Shown piece by piece: positions 14,531-26,911 of a DNA stretch of 64,000 nt (the stretch's first letter is position 1; each line of letters starts with the position of its first letter). Both the position numbers and the translations under genes were made by a program. Source of the DNA: Eledone cirrhosa (taxonomy: Eukaryota); the NCBI GenBank assembly GCA_964016885.1, contig OZ024742.1, forward strand, positions 201,500,001 to 201,564,000, written 5' to 3'. The notes beneath the pieces were generated by a model. That model saw only the letters and a list, made by a program, of their open reading frames with translations. It had not been told where the DNA came from and did no database searches.

Positions 14531-16320
14531 GAGTTAAACAAGATTCAATGTGTAAATCAAATAATGAGTTTTACAGTAGATTGGAAGCATTCTATGGAAA
14601 ATAATTTTCCAGAGTTATTAATTAAACTTGAAGAACCGAGCCATTCTTACGTAGACAGCCCAGGATTAACTTGAAGGATCACAAAAGAAACTTTGAGGAA
14701 GAGATGCTAGTTAGACTGATTGCTCCATTGAAATCGGATATTGGAGTAATCAGTAAAAACATCATAGATAGAATATTACCCACTCTTAAATTGAGATCTA
14801 ATTTGAGCTTATGGAAAGATACAAATGAAGTCATAGAATGGTACACGAATGTAGAAGATAAGAACAACCATAAATTCATCCAGATAGACATTACTAGCTA
14901 CTATTCTTCCATAACACCTAACCTTCTAAATAAGGCTCTTTCATATGCTTATAAGCATACTGATATAACCACGGATGAAATAGATATCATACTAACAGCC
15001 AGAAGAACTCTTATTAACTTCAACAACGAATATTAGACCCGCTCAGATAGAGACTGAAACTTTGATATCACTATGCCGCGCAAATCACAGATCTTCTAGG
15101 AATTTTCATATTAAATATGATAAATAGAAAACTGCCGTAGATTACCAGTGGTTTATATAGGGACGACATTTTATTTACCGTGGTCAAACACATCAATATA
15201 GAACTAAATAGAGTAAAGAAAAGTATAATAGAATTCTTTAAAATATATGACCTTAAGTTAGAAGTAGAAAATGGTACCAAAATTGTTAATTTCCTAGACG
15301 TTACCTTTAACTTAAACACTGGCTTCTATTACCCTTTTCATAAGCCCAATGAAAACTTAAACTATGTTAGTAACCATTCCAATCACTCTAAATCTGTAAT
15401 AAAGCTATAGTAAATAGTGTGCAAAAACGAATAAATAAAATATCAGCCAATAAAGCTATATTCGATGAAAACGCTGAATACTACAACAACGCGTTAAAAA
15501 GAGCAGGATATATGAATAATATAGAATATGTAGATAATAATAATCCAAGTATTAATCTGAATAAAATAATAAAATATATAAGAAATACTCTAATAATTAT
15601 AATTCAAACACCCATACGCCAAATAAATCGGTCGCAGTTAAAACATCAATTACAAAATTATTCTTTAACGCTTTGGACACTTCTTTCCCTACTCAACATA
15701 AATGCCATTCCATTTTTAATAGACATACCATTAAATTCTCATATTCTACAACTATGAACACGGCCCAAAACATTGCCAAATTAAACACTAAAGTCCTAAA
15801 ACAAAACCAGCATAATGATCTTAATAATAGAGTTAACATAAATGATACTAAACCAAAATGTAATTGTAGAAATAAAACTGATTGCCCTTTGCAAAATAAT
15901 TGTCTAGATAGTAACTTGGTTTATAAATGCACCGTAAAAACTGATCACAACACATACAACTTCATAGGATCGACTTCTTCTACATTTCAAGCCAGATTTG
16001 CGAACCATAAATGCTCTTTCTCGAACTCAAAGAGGAAATCATCCACGTCTTTATCACAGCTCATATAGTCATTAAAAGAGAGGAATTTAAAATACTCCAT
16101 TCTTTGGACTAAACCTCGGAACTGTGGAGTTTACCGCAACTCCAGTATATCAAATAACTGCGCGCTCTGTACAATGGAGACCCTGTTGATTATTAATAAC
16201 TATGAGACCCTAATTAACAAAAAAAGTGAATTATTCTCTAGTTGCCTCCATAAAGCTACGTCCACATTCTTAGCCTCCCACAAAACGAGAAAAAAAGAGA
16301 GAGAAACACTTAACCTTTAA
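14530..16320 (+). mobile_element. Degenerate Penelope-like element (Naiad-type RT plus GIY-YIG)
   Basis: RLIAP.KSDIG.ISK, FIQIDITSYYSSI, FDITM, LYRDD, VNFLDVTFNL, YV...SNH, and CNCRNKTDCPLQNNCLDSNLVYKC..FIGST; several stops and frameshifts. Confidence 0.85.
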
Positions 16321-17777
16321 AAACTTGGTTGTCAGACTATATAATCAACAGGGATAAACATTAATGGCCTTTAATATTTATAACTATCTATAGAAGAAAT
16401 AACTGTTTCTACTTTAGGCACAAGGCCAGCAATTACCCAGTGCATTACTGGTACTTTATTTTATCTATAGAAGAAATAACGCTCGAATGAAAGACACTTA
16501 TTCAATAACATGCCGGAACATTGATATACATAACATAATATTATTATTATTAACTTTGATCCATACCATTATTCCTTTATTTCTCTATCTTTATCTTCCT
16601 ATCTAAGTTTTAAATTTTAGTTTAATATCCAACCCATACATCTTTATGGAACTTATTTCTAACTGTGAATCTTTCGTATGTTTTTGATTATTGTTTATTT
16701 CGAACTATGAATAATTAATGTATTTACACGCTGTTATATATAGGTACATATTTAACTTTAGCATGCCTCAATCTATTATATATGTTGATCTTATACAAGC
16801 TCCTACATAAATTGGTATAATTTCACCCAAATTGTAGGAATCTTATAATGAAACGATACGTCCGTCTGGGAAGAGATATATTCGATATGTCTCATATGAA
16901 ATAATACAGCCAACTTTCCGCACAATACATTTAGCACCCCGAACGTTTAATTAGGAATATACTCACTTATTTCCTAATGTTTGTTGAGTGAGTTGGAATT
17001 TGGCCGGAGTATCGCTAAAAGCTTTCTCCGATAATGTATTTATTTATTTACTCTTTGACGGTAACATAGACAACATAGAAATTAGAATAATATCTAAACA
17101 TAGAAATGACCCAGCAGATAGGCAAATCAGAGAGGCCAGTGAATAGAACTTAGAAGGCCAAGGCTAAACAGAAAAAATAACAACAACACCCAAACAAACA
17201 CCACTGACCTAAGAGAAGTATAAATAAATAGATAAATAAATAAATACATACACAAGCACAATAACAACAAACACAGATAAACACACACTAGTAAAGATAG
17301 AATACATTAACCAATACACAGTCACCCAATCACGAACACACATCAAACAAAACACTATACACACACGCAAACGCATGCGCAAAGAAGACAACAAAAATAA
17401 ACAAATAAATAAATATATAAACAGACTAAATAAAGATGGCGTAGAAAATACAATGCAACGGGAGGAAACAATAGCACCACTGACGATGTTGCAGATGTGC
17501 AACGAAAGAACTTTGATAGACTATATATATGTGTTTGTGTCTATATTGTATCTGTGTTTTTGACCGTTGGTCAGTCAAAGGCAACATTGAGGACCGAATA
17601 AATTAAATTAACCGATATAAAAGACACAGAAGCGAAAAGCGAAAACCAACCAAACAGTGAGTGTGTTCTGTTATTAATTCTGGCAATATTACACCTCCCC
17701 AAGTATAACAATATTTGTTTCGACACACGATTTCATATCAAAAACCTCGCGAAAAAAAAAAAATATATATATATATA

Positions 17778-17831
17778 TGAACAAGTATTGGTGCGTTATG
17801 GTCCAACTGGTTCCTTACCATAATTCCTTCG

Positions 17832-17875
<44 letters not shown>

Positions 17876-17931
17876 CGAAGGAATTGTCGTAAGGAACCAG
17901 ATGGACCATAACGCACCAATACTTGTTCCTA
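17778..17931. repeat. Tail-to-tail palindrome of the fold-back family 3' end around (TA)n
   Basis: gaacaagtattggtgcgttatggtcc..ccttcgtta (TA)n taacgaagg..ggaccataacgcaccaatacttgttc. Confidence 0.8.
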
Positions 17932-18132
17932 TATATATATATATTAATATATTTATATATATGTTTGCATACAGCCGTACTCAGAGTGGGAAATGAAATT
18001 TCGTTTCATTTTTTCCGTTTATCGTTTTCGGTGCACCCGGCCGATTAACCCACTCGATATGCAAATTGGACAACTCAGCCGTTAATATGCATAAGATAAG
18101 TATATACGTTCAACAATCTGGCAGGAAGGTAT

Positions 18133-18175
18133 ACGTTGCTGACGATAGCTAATAAGCTTGAAACTAGTACAGCGT
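18133..18175 (+). ncRNA. Minimal type I hammerhead ribozyme
   Basis: Stem I ACGUUG/CAGCGU; core CUGACGA; stem II AGCU-AAUA-AGCU; GAAA; palindromic stem III ACUAGU; cleavage triplet GUA. Lies between direct repeats at ~17971 and ~18395. Confidence 0.75.
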
Positions 18176-18459
18176 TCCTTTGTCAGTGTTGAACAAACGA
18201 GCAACGATGGTTGCTGGACACTACGGCTTAATACGGGATGTTTGCTTACAAACACACCGAGCATTATAATAAATATTCGGTGAATCCATACGTACATATA
18301 TATATATGTGTGCATGTATGTATATATATATATACATACTACTGTACGTCTGTATACATATAAGTATGTACGTGTATATACTTATATTTAAGTAACAGCC
18401 GTACTAAGAGTGGGAAATGAAATTTCGTTTCATTTTTCCGTTTATATATATATATATAT

Positions 18460-18602
18460 AATTATATATTCGTGTACAGATATTTTTGCATACACAATAT
18501 AAACAAACGTATTTATTTCACGAGGCTCGATAAGAATAAATATATATCAAATATATAAGAACCCTAGAGCAAATCCCGAGCAACGCCGGGCCATTCTGCT
18601 AG
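18460..18602 (+). mobile_element. Helitron 3' end (same family as 10861-11785)
   Basis: Near-identical to 11636-11785 and ends ccattctgCTAG|t. Confidence 0.8.
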
Positions 18603-18609
18603 TGTCTTA

Positions 18610-19760
18610 TAAAACTGGTCAACAATTTTTGAAAAGTTGTGTGCTTCTTGAATGAGATCATTTAATTCTTATGTATTTTCATGTCCTGAATCCAAATATC
18701 ACCTTGATAAATGCTTATTAGATACATGTCATGTACTATTTTCTTATTTTATTATAACGTACAATATGTGTCATTATGTTTTAAGCTTTAGTCTGTATCT
18801 ACTCTCTGCCTTTATGCTTGACACTTATAGTGGGCTGAAAAACCATCTCTTGCCCATGTCCAGCAATAGTCTAAAAGCTTCATTTGCTCTGGAACCGTTT
18901 TTCCATGGTTGAACTATCTTGGTGAAACCAATATATTTCAACCATACTATATCCCATATTCGTGTAAGCCTTAATGAAGTTTTTCACCAATTCTTCATAG
19001 TTTCCTTCCCTTCTGTTTCCGAGAAATCTCTCTGCCCCCAACTTGAATGCTTCCCAAGCAGCTTTCTCTTCCCCATGAATGGCTGATTCAAAGTCACCAC
19101 CTCTAAGAAGCTCTTGAATTTGAGGACCAATAAATACATCCTCTTTTATCTTAGCATCGCCCAGTGAGGGGAATTTATATGTTAGAAAATTGAATCCCTG
19201 ACCGGATTTGTCCATAGGTTTTATAAATTCTTTCATGAGGCCCAGTTTTATGTGTAATGGTGGTAGCAACATATTATTTGGATCCGTGAGCGGCGGCTGT
19301 CCATCACAACATCCTTTAAGTCACCACAGACCTGCCATTGATGTTCATCATATTTTATGATTTGCAACACATGCTTTATATTCTCATAACTTTCTTTCAT
19401 ATATGATGCATAGCACACGGGGTCTGATGGTTCACCATTGCATTATGCAGCAAGACACCTTTCAGACTAATTTTCATGAATTTATGAACAGCCTCCAATG
19501 ACTGTTCATATTTAATACCAAGTGTTTCCATCAGACCATTAATATTGCTACAGACCATTCACCTTCCATTATGAAGAAATTGCTGAACTGCTGCTGACGG
19601 TCACGAAATTTTGAAATTACATCAGCTATTATGAAATTCCACTGTTGAAGACGAGAGCCTAGCAGCTCTGCCTAATTTTTGGATAGGTGTAGATCCCTGA
19701 CAAGGATATGGTTCCCCTTGTGGTATAAGATGTGGCCTAGAAGAGTGTGCTGCAACAAAA
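18610..19760 (-). pseudogene. DNA transposase relic, probably Chapaev3 (CMC superfamily)
   Basis: LLPPLHIKLGLMK..KFP.L..KIKE.VFIGPQI..AAW.AFK..FLGN..FHQD...MEKRFQ, then DYCW. The superfamily assignment is from recall of the motif. Confidence 0.7.
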
Positions 19761-19886
19761 TTATATCATTCAGTAGGAAAATAAAATGAATATAAAATGC
19801 CTCACATACATATCAATAGCTTACTCCATGAATATTAATTATTACACAGACACACACTCTCACACACACACATACACTAACACACA

Positions 19887-19924
<38 letters not shown>

Positions 19925-20283
19925 GACACTCACAAACATATACATATATGTATATATATATTATACACATACACACAGACACACATACACAAACACACAC
20001 ATGTACACACACAAACACACACACACACACACACACACCAGTATTGATTGTAGACTTAATTTACATTGAAATATTCAAAGTAAAATAATAAATAGAAAGA
20101 TATATAAAGATCAAAGTAAAAAAATTCCTCGAACCTGCTTTCAATAATTTTTCATTTACTGATGATGAAATTTTCTATCTCTTCCTTAATCACAATAAAA
20201 TGAAATTACGTATTATAAAACCTTTTGTTATATTATGAAAGAAGTTGTAATGGACGCTCTGTTTGCAAAACCCACTATCATTT

Positions 20284-20900
20284 CGGTGGATTGGCAGTAT
20301 CGGTAGAGAGTCGGACGTCATGCTTTGACGCATAGAGTTACGGCCCTTTCCATTCTGAGTTCAAATCCCGCCGATGTCAACTTTGCCTTTCATCCTTACG
20401 GGGTCGATAAAATAAAGTCTCAGTAATGTACTGGATATTTGCTGGCCTTGTGCCAAAAGTAGAAACAATTATTTTCTCTTATCAGAATGGTGGATTCTGT
20501 AGAGCTGGAATGTCTCGGACAAAATGATTTGCGGCACTTGTTCCTAGTTTAAATCCTATCAAAGTCAACTTTGTTATCTTGATTGTTAAAATAAAGTACC
20601 AGTCAAGAAATGGGTCGATATAATCGACATTCATTTTCCCCTTCCCGCCAAATTTGGTGGCTTTCTATCAAAATTAGAAAGGGCGGTGGATTGTCAGTAT
20701 CGGTAGAGAGTCAGACTATATGCATTGCTGCATAGTGTTGCATCTCTTTACGCTCTGAGTTCAAATCCCGCCGAGGTTAGCTTTGCCTTTCATGCTTATG
20801 GGGTCGATAAAATAAAATACCAGTAACGCACTGGGGTTTATTTAATCGACTTTTCCCTACACTTTAAATTACTGGCCTTGTCCCAAATGTTGAAACAATT
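20284..20900 (+). mobile_element. Three adjacent tRNA-SINE copies
   Basis: SINE heads at ~20284, ~20488 and ~20681; B-box GAGTTCAAATCCC in the first and third. Confidence 0.75.
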
Positions 20901-20989
20901 ATAAGTGTGGAGGATTTCAAGAATAACCAGAGCGTCGGACGAACAGGGTATTTAAATAATCATTATAATTCACACAAATGGTTTTGTAA

Positions 20990-21785
20990 AAGGGCAATTC
21001 TTGATAAAACAAAATGAGATAGTAGCAAGGATTAACCATGAGCTAATAAATAAGATTCCAACAGTAATTAAGGAGAACCAATCAGTTGATTCAGTCCTTG
21101 GTGAAATTGAAGCTGTCCACTACCCAACAGAGTTTCCTAATACTCTTTAGCCATCTGGAAATCCTCCACAGAAACTTTTCCTGAAGTTGGGAATCCCAAT
21201 AATGTTTCTAAGAAATTTAGATCCTCCTAAATTAAGCAATGGGACAAGGTTGATTGTGAAGACATTATCACCTAATGTGATAGAAGCTACCATCATCATT
21301 GGGTGTACCTCTGGGGAAGATATTTCCATTACAAGAATTCTAATCAGAGCAACGGACATGCCATTAGAAATATACCTCCCAGTGCGACTTTGCTTCGTAA
21401 AGTCTATTAATACCGCTGGAGGTCATACTGTGAAATCTACTGGCTTGCACTTAAATTGGCCTTTCTTTTCTCATGGTCAACTGTACGTTTCTTGTTCAAG
21501 GGTGGGTAGTTTACAAGACTTATTTGTCTATGCTCCGAAACAGAAAAAAAAAAGGATGTTTATCCAGAAGCTCTAAAGTAATTTCCTTAAACACATGTGA
21601 TAGAATTTATCTCCCCTCATGACAGTGATAATTTTGTATTTTCATTTTTTTATAATTTCATGTACCTCAATTGAAGAATAAACGGAATTTAGAATAACAC
21701 TTTTCTATACAACATGTTTTGCTCTCTTCTTCTAATATATACGGAACACTTTCATTCCTTAGCAATGCCAGGCACGTCTTTTAGA
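20990..21785 (+). pseudogene. Helitron RepHel (Pif1-family helicase) 3' fragment
   Basis: PIMFLRNLDPPKLSNGTRL..PVRLCF..SIN..FSHGQLYVSCSRV; degenerate Helitron 3' end agcaatgccaggcac..ttag. Confidence 0.85.
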
Positions 21786-22240
21786 GGGCCTGCGCTTGGC
21801 CTTTTATCGATTTGTCTGTGTGCTTGTCTGTCGTACATGGCGCAAAGAGCTATGATGTGGTAATCTCTCTTGCTAGAAATAACAGCGAAATAAAACCTTA
21901 GGTTTTATCATGCGCGCGCAAACACATACATACAGATTTAGTTGTATCTATCAATGTACTACTCTTTCTGTATCTATGTATTCCCATCTATCTATTTAAC
22001 AACATTGTGGTAACTGGTTTTACTAGAAATGACAGTGCAATAAAACACTAGCACACACACACACACACTCACACACACATAGATCTGTATCTATCTATGT
22101 ATTACTCTTTTTGTCTCTATGTATTCCTATCTCTCTATCGCCAGCTACAGAAAGCATTCTCCAAAGTAGATGAATTGGATTTGTCTAGTATTATATGTAA
22201 ACACCCCCCCCCCACACACACACACACATAAACATTCTCA

Positions 22241-22586
22241 TCTGACCCAGGTTCTGCTGCACGTCGGGCTCAGGGGGCCAAACTCCTCAAATACCGGTCG
22301 CTCTCGACAGGTTTGCGGTCGTACCCCTGGCAGTGGAGACTTCTGGTGTTCTCAGCCCCAGGGATATCTCCTTACTCACCACCATAGGCGCTGAGCTGGC
22401 CAGACGCAGGTGTGAGCCCCGGGAGTTGGAGTGGCTCTTACAGCGCGTCTCCCTCGCCGGCCTCCGGGGAAACGCCTCCTCCATTCTGTCCGCCGGTGCT
22501 GTGGGTGGGCCCTATCACGTACCGTTGTAGTTGTTGTAGAGACCCTTCTAATCCAATACACATTCTGAATTAAAGAAAAAAAAAAT
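22241..22586 (+). mobile_element. 5'-truncated CRE-like non-LTR retrotransposon 3' end
   Basis: GC-rich island encoding PLAVETSG..LQRVSLA..RGNASSIL, typical of a REL-clade C-terminus, followed by an A-rich tail. Confidence 0.65.
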
Positions 22587-22726
22587 CATAACAACCAATG
22601 TGTGTAGCCAATTCGCTGTACCTATAGACACACAGACACCGTTTTATGGAGTTTGGTTATCACCCCTTCCTTCGTCAGTCATCTCTTGTGACGGACAAAA
22701 ATACAAGAGCATTATATATTAGTAGA

Positions 22727-22862
22727 TAGAGTTACGGCCCTTTATGGTTGAGTCATATCCCGCCACGTTTAACTTTGCCTTTCATCCTTACGGGGTCGAT
22801 AAAATAAAGTACTAGTAATGCACTGAGATAATTGCTGGCCTTGTGCCAAAAGTAGAAGCAAT
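22727..22862 (+). mobile_element. tRNA-SINE, 5'-truncated
   Basis: Matches the SINE body at 20335-20470. Confidence 0.75.
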
Positions 22863-22927
22863 TATATATATATCCTACCTCTAACTTAAGTCCTTTTTCA
22901 TTATTCTATACACAAACACAGACACAA

Positions 22928-22984
<57 letters not shown>

Positions 22985-23755
22985 CTGACAGGCATGTGTA
23001 TGTATGTGTATGTATGTATGTAAGTGTGTGTACGTGTGGATGTATGTATGTGTCTTATAGCTATTGTATCTACTGTCGTGTGTTGGGTATTATTCATGGC
23101 TACATGTCTTTATGTATCTCATTTAGAGTGTCGTCTGCCTTTGAAGATCCCCCTCCAGCTTTAAGGCATTTGTTTTCTCTTCCAATTGAACGACGTTGTA
23201 TGTTGTCGTCTGGCTGTTTCGAATGACTATTTTGTCTTACAAAGCTAAACCTGTTATTTACCTGATAGATTGTGTTTAATATTCTCCCGAGTCACGCATG
23301 TATGTGTCTGTACGTGTCTGGGTGTGTATGTAAGTGTATGTTTGAATATTTGTGCGCTAGTAAAGAATATGAAATTAAATAATAAATAAATTATTATTAA
23401 TCAGGTAACTAATGCATTCATCACTCACTTTAGTAACTGGTTTGTCAAAACTCTTTCTTCACACATATTCTGATCTGCAGAATGACTATTTCTGCTCCTC
23501 CGTGACCCTTTTGTTTTATGTATATCATTTTGTCTTTCGGTGATGTACGCGTGTTTGGTTCTCAGTGGCCGTTTAGATTATTCTTTATCTTTCTATTTCT
23601 ATTTCATATTTTATTTCCAATTATGTCTTCTATGAAGGGCTAGTGTCCGAACCTTTCAGACTATTCTCCTGTTATTCCAAGCGTTAAACTAATGTATTTC
23701 TTTAATGTACTCTATCGTTTACGTTGTTATTTCTGTTTACTTTTTACATGCACAC

Positions 23756-23861
<106 letters not shown>

Positions 23862-23904
23862 GAAGAGTGTCAGGACCCCGGCGGTTATGCTCCTATTTTA
23901 ATAC

Positions 23905-24144
23905 CGCTGGAGCCACTTTTTTAACATAAAAACAGGTAGAATTCCCCAAACTAATAAGATCAGAGCAAACATCACGGACGCTCTATCTCAAAATTATTTT
24001 TGAAAAGCATTAGAAATGCGCAACCGCTAAAGCTTAAAACAAAAACTGAATGCTAACCAATACAATTACTAATTCTCACTTATTCCTAATTAAACTATTT
24101 TTCACTGTGAACACCTTGTCAGCATTTTCTATTCCGTTTACCAA
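23905..24144 (+). mobile_element. Solo 3' end of the Penelope family found at 57.9-61.5 kb
   Basis: cgctggagccac..ttctattccgtttaccaa(TA)n closely matches 61247-61505. Confidence 0.85.
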
Positions 24145-24176
24145 TATATATATATATATATATAACAAATATATAT

Positions 24177-24233
<57 letters not shown>

Positions 24234-24575
24234 CAAATTAAATATAGGCATGGCTAAATTTAATATAGACAGGACTAGAACAGATATATATATATATATA
24301 TATGACGGAAAATCGCATTTGCGGACGCATTTACCCAATACCCAACCCTACACGGAGCCCTTTGCTGGCCTACATTGCAGTTGCTTGCACGCACAGATTT
24401 GGTGACACGGATTCTCAACGGGACAGCAGTACACAAGGAGTTCGACATGAGCTGATTGCTTGCTCTTCACATGGATGTGTATATACCCGGACATATCCTT
24501 TTTGGGACGATTCGGATGTGTATATACGTATATAGATCGAATTGTAGCATCCATATCTTCAAGTGTATGTTATGG

Positions 24576-24606
<31 letters not shown>

Positions 24607-24636
24607 AGAGAGAGATACAGAGAGGGAGAGAGGGAG

Positions 24637-24683
<47 letters not shown>

Positions 24684-24915
24684 CTTTATAGAACACCGAT
24701 TTCATCCGTCGAAAATAAAGACATTCGATTTTATTTATAGATAGGACGAATCCATTTCTTCAAATTTGAAAATCTTTAAGAACCAGATACAAGTTTATCG
24801 ACCAGGAGTGCGGGATGGTGGCAGATACACATCTCAACCCAGAGTTTCAATTAAATAGAGAATTTGTTTTCAAATCTAAACTAACTCACGTCTACACACA
24901 CATATGCGCACGCAC

Positions 24916-25023
<108 letters not shown>

Positions 25024-25048
25024 CTGTGTAGATATATGTATATATATG

Positions 25049-25082
<34 letters not shown>

Positions 25083-25104
25083 TGTATATATATGTATATA
25101 TATG

Positions 25105-25139
<35 letters not shown>

Positions 25140-26141
25140 GTATATATATATATGTGTGTGTGTGTGTATATATAAATATACACACGCACACACATATATA
25201 TATATATCTTTAAACTATTGTTGTGTGTGAATCCAGCATGTGCCAATTTGAAGTGTATGGGAACTTAGGCGTATAAGAACTTGTGAAACTAAAGAAATTA
25301 TGTCAGCATTTCAGACAAAAGATTTACACATTTTTAATAGCTGTTCAAATTGATCAATTTGGGGAAAAAATAACACTTGAACCTTTTTATTTTTCAGCTG
25401 TGTATGTCGCCATGACTGTTTAACGGTCCTCTTTCAGGACACTTTCTCTATTCGTCTCCTCTCTTCTCTCCCACTATCTCTCTCCTCTTGCTCAATAGAC
25501 CCACAGAAACTCACACAAATTCTGACTGAATTACAGGGATTTATATAGGAGCGAAAATCGGGATTTAATCTAAGAAAGTATAATGTTTGACTAGATACAA
25601 CAAAACAACCGGTTCGACTCTTTAACAAGTCAGCTATTATACCACTCTGGAGTAGTGATATGTGTTATCGACATTAAACGGGTGAAGCAGCAAAGTTCAC
25701 GGCGATCAGATTTGAACTTAGGGCTTAAAGAGACGGAAAATACCGACGTATTATATCCGACACTTTAACGACAGTGCAAATTCGTCGCAATTTAAACATT
25801 TTTGTTTCATATATATGAATATGTATTTTAGTGGACGTGTATATTTATATTAGTATTTATTAGTCATATTTCACATATGACTGTGAAATGGCACAGTTAT
25901 TAGAGCGTCGGATAGACTATATTGTGATATTTGTCCCAGCTCTCTGCCTTCTGATACTGTCTAAGATCAACTTTGTCTTTCATCCTTTCAAGGTCAAAAA
26001 TATATATACATACCGCATATACAGAATGGAAATATAATTGAGTAAATCCTTTGAAGTGCGTGTCCCAATATGACGGTAGTCCAATGATTGAAATAAATAA
26101 AGCATTACACACACACACACGCATATATATAAATATATATA

Positions 26142-26500
26142 TAACTTAAAATGCAGTAGGAATACGAAGAAAGCAAGAAGGGGTGGGGGGGGGGGGGCTC
26201 CTCATCAGTTGTCTACTGGGGATCTAGAGTATTTGTACGCTTTAAAGACAAGATTCTTCCTCTTTGCTTTCCTTCCCTCCTTCCTTCGTTTTCCCAATAA
26301 CCTATCCAATTATTGACGCCCTAGGGTGAAGTGGTATCCTGTCTTTAAAACGTAGAAATATCCTAGACCCCCAGTAGACAACTGATGAGGAAAACTCGCC
26401 CCCCCCCCCCCCGTTCTTGCTTTCTTCGTATTCCCACTGCATTTTAAGTTACCTTAAATAGCAACTACACAACCATTTCTATTCTCCATATATTTCATTA
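26142..26500 (+). repeat. Inverted-repeat (Penelope-end-like) element with a CTGATGAG half-core
   Basis: Arms 26142-26260 and 26335-26451 contain a poly-G/poly-C pair; a unique tail runs into (TA)n. Confidence 0.6.
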
Positions 26501-26512
26501 TATATATATATA

Positions 26513-26611
26513 CTGGTTGTCCTCAAAAATGTATACAAAATTCAACGGCATTCAAATAAATATTTCCTGTACAGGTAATCAAATTATGTATACATCTTTT
26601 GGGACACCCTT
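26513..26611. mobile_element. Small Tc1/mariner-like MITE
   Basis: Imperfect TIRs CTGGTTGTCCTCAAAAATGTATACA and TGTATACATCTTTTGGGACACCCTT in a TA context; a similar TIR occurs at ~7349. Confidence 0.6.
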
Positions 26612-26634
26612 TATATATATGTATATATATATAT

Positions 26635-26840
26635 AGGAAAAGAGTCAGTACACCGACGGCTGAGCTCTGCCCGTTTTCGACAGCTAGATCCGAACAGTTC
26701 GGATCTAGCTGTCGAAACGGCCGGAGTTCAGCTGTCGGGGTCCTGATTCTTTTCCTATTTCCCACTCTACAACCCTAAGTATTGAGTACTCTGGTGCGTT
26801 ATGGTCCCCCTCTTACCTTACCACACCCTCTTTGTTGTTG
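26635..26840 (+). mobile_element. Fold-back Penelope-end-like repeat, copy 3
   Basis: Palindrome 26635-26757 centred on gatccgaac-a-gttcggatc, 5' of GTCGAAACGGCC; same tail as copies 1 and 2. Confidence 0.65.
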
Positions 26841-26911
26841 TACACACACACACACACATACACATACTACACACACATATATATATATATATATATATGT
26901 GTGTGTCTGTA

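Noticed and set aside
14530-16320. Possible selenocysteine (UGA) recoding, as reported for some Naiad elements
   Set aside because: The Cys motifs use normal codons, the stops are mixed and accompanied by frameshifts, and no SECIS was recognised.
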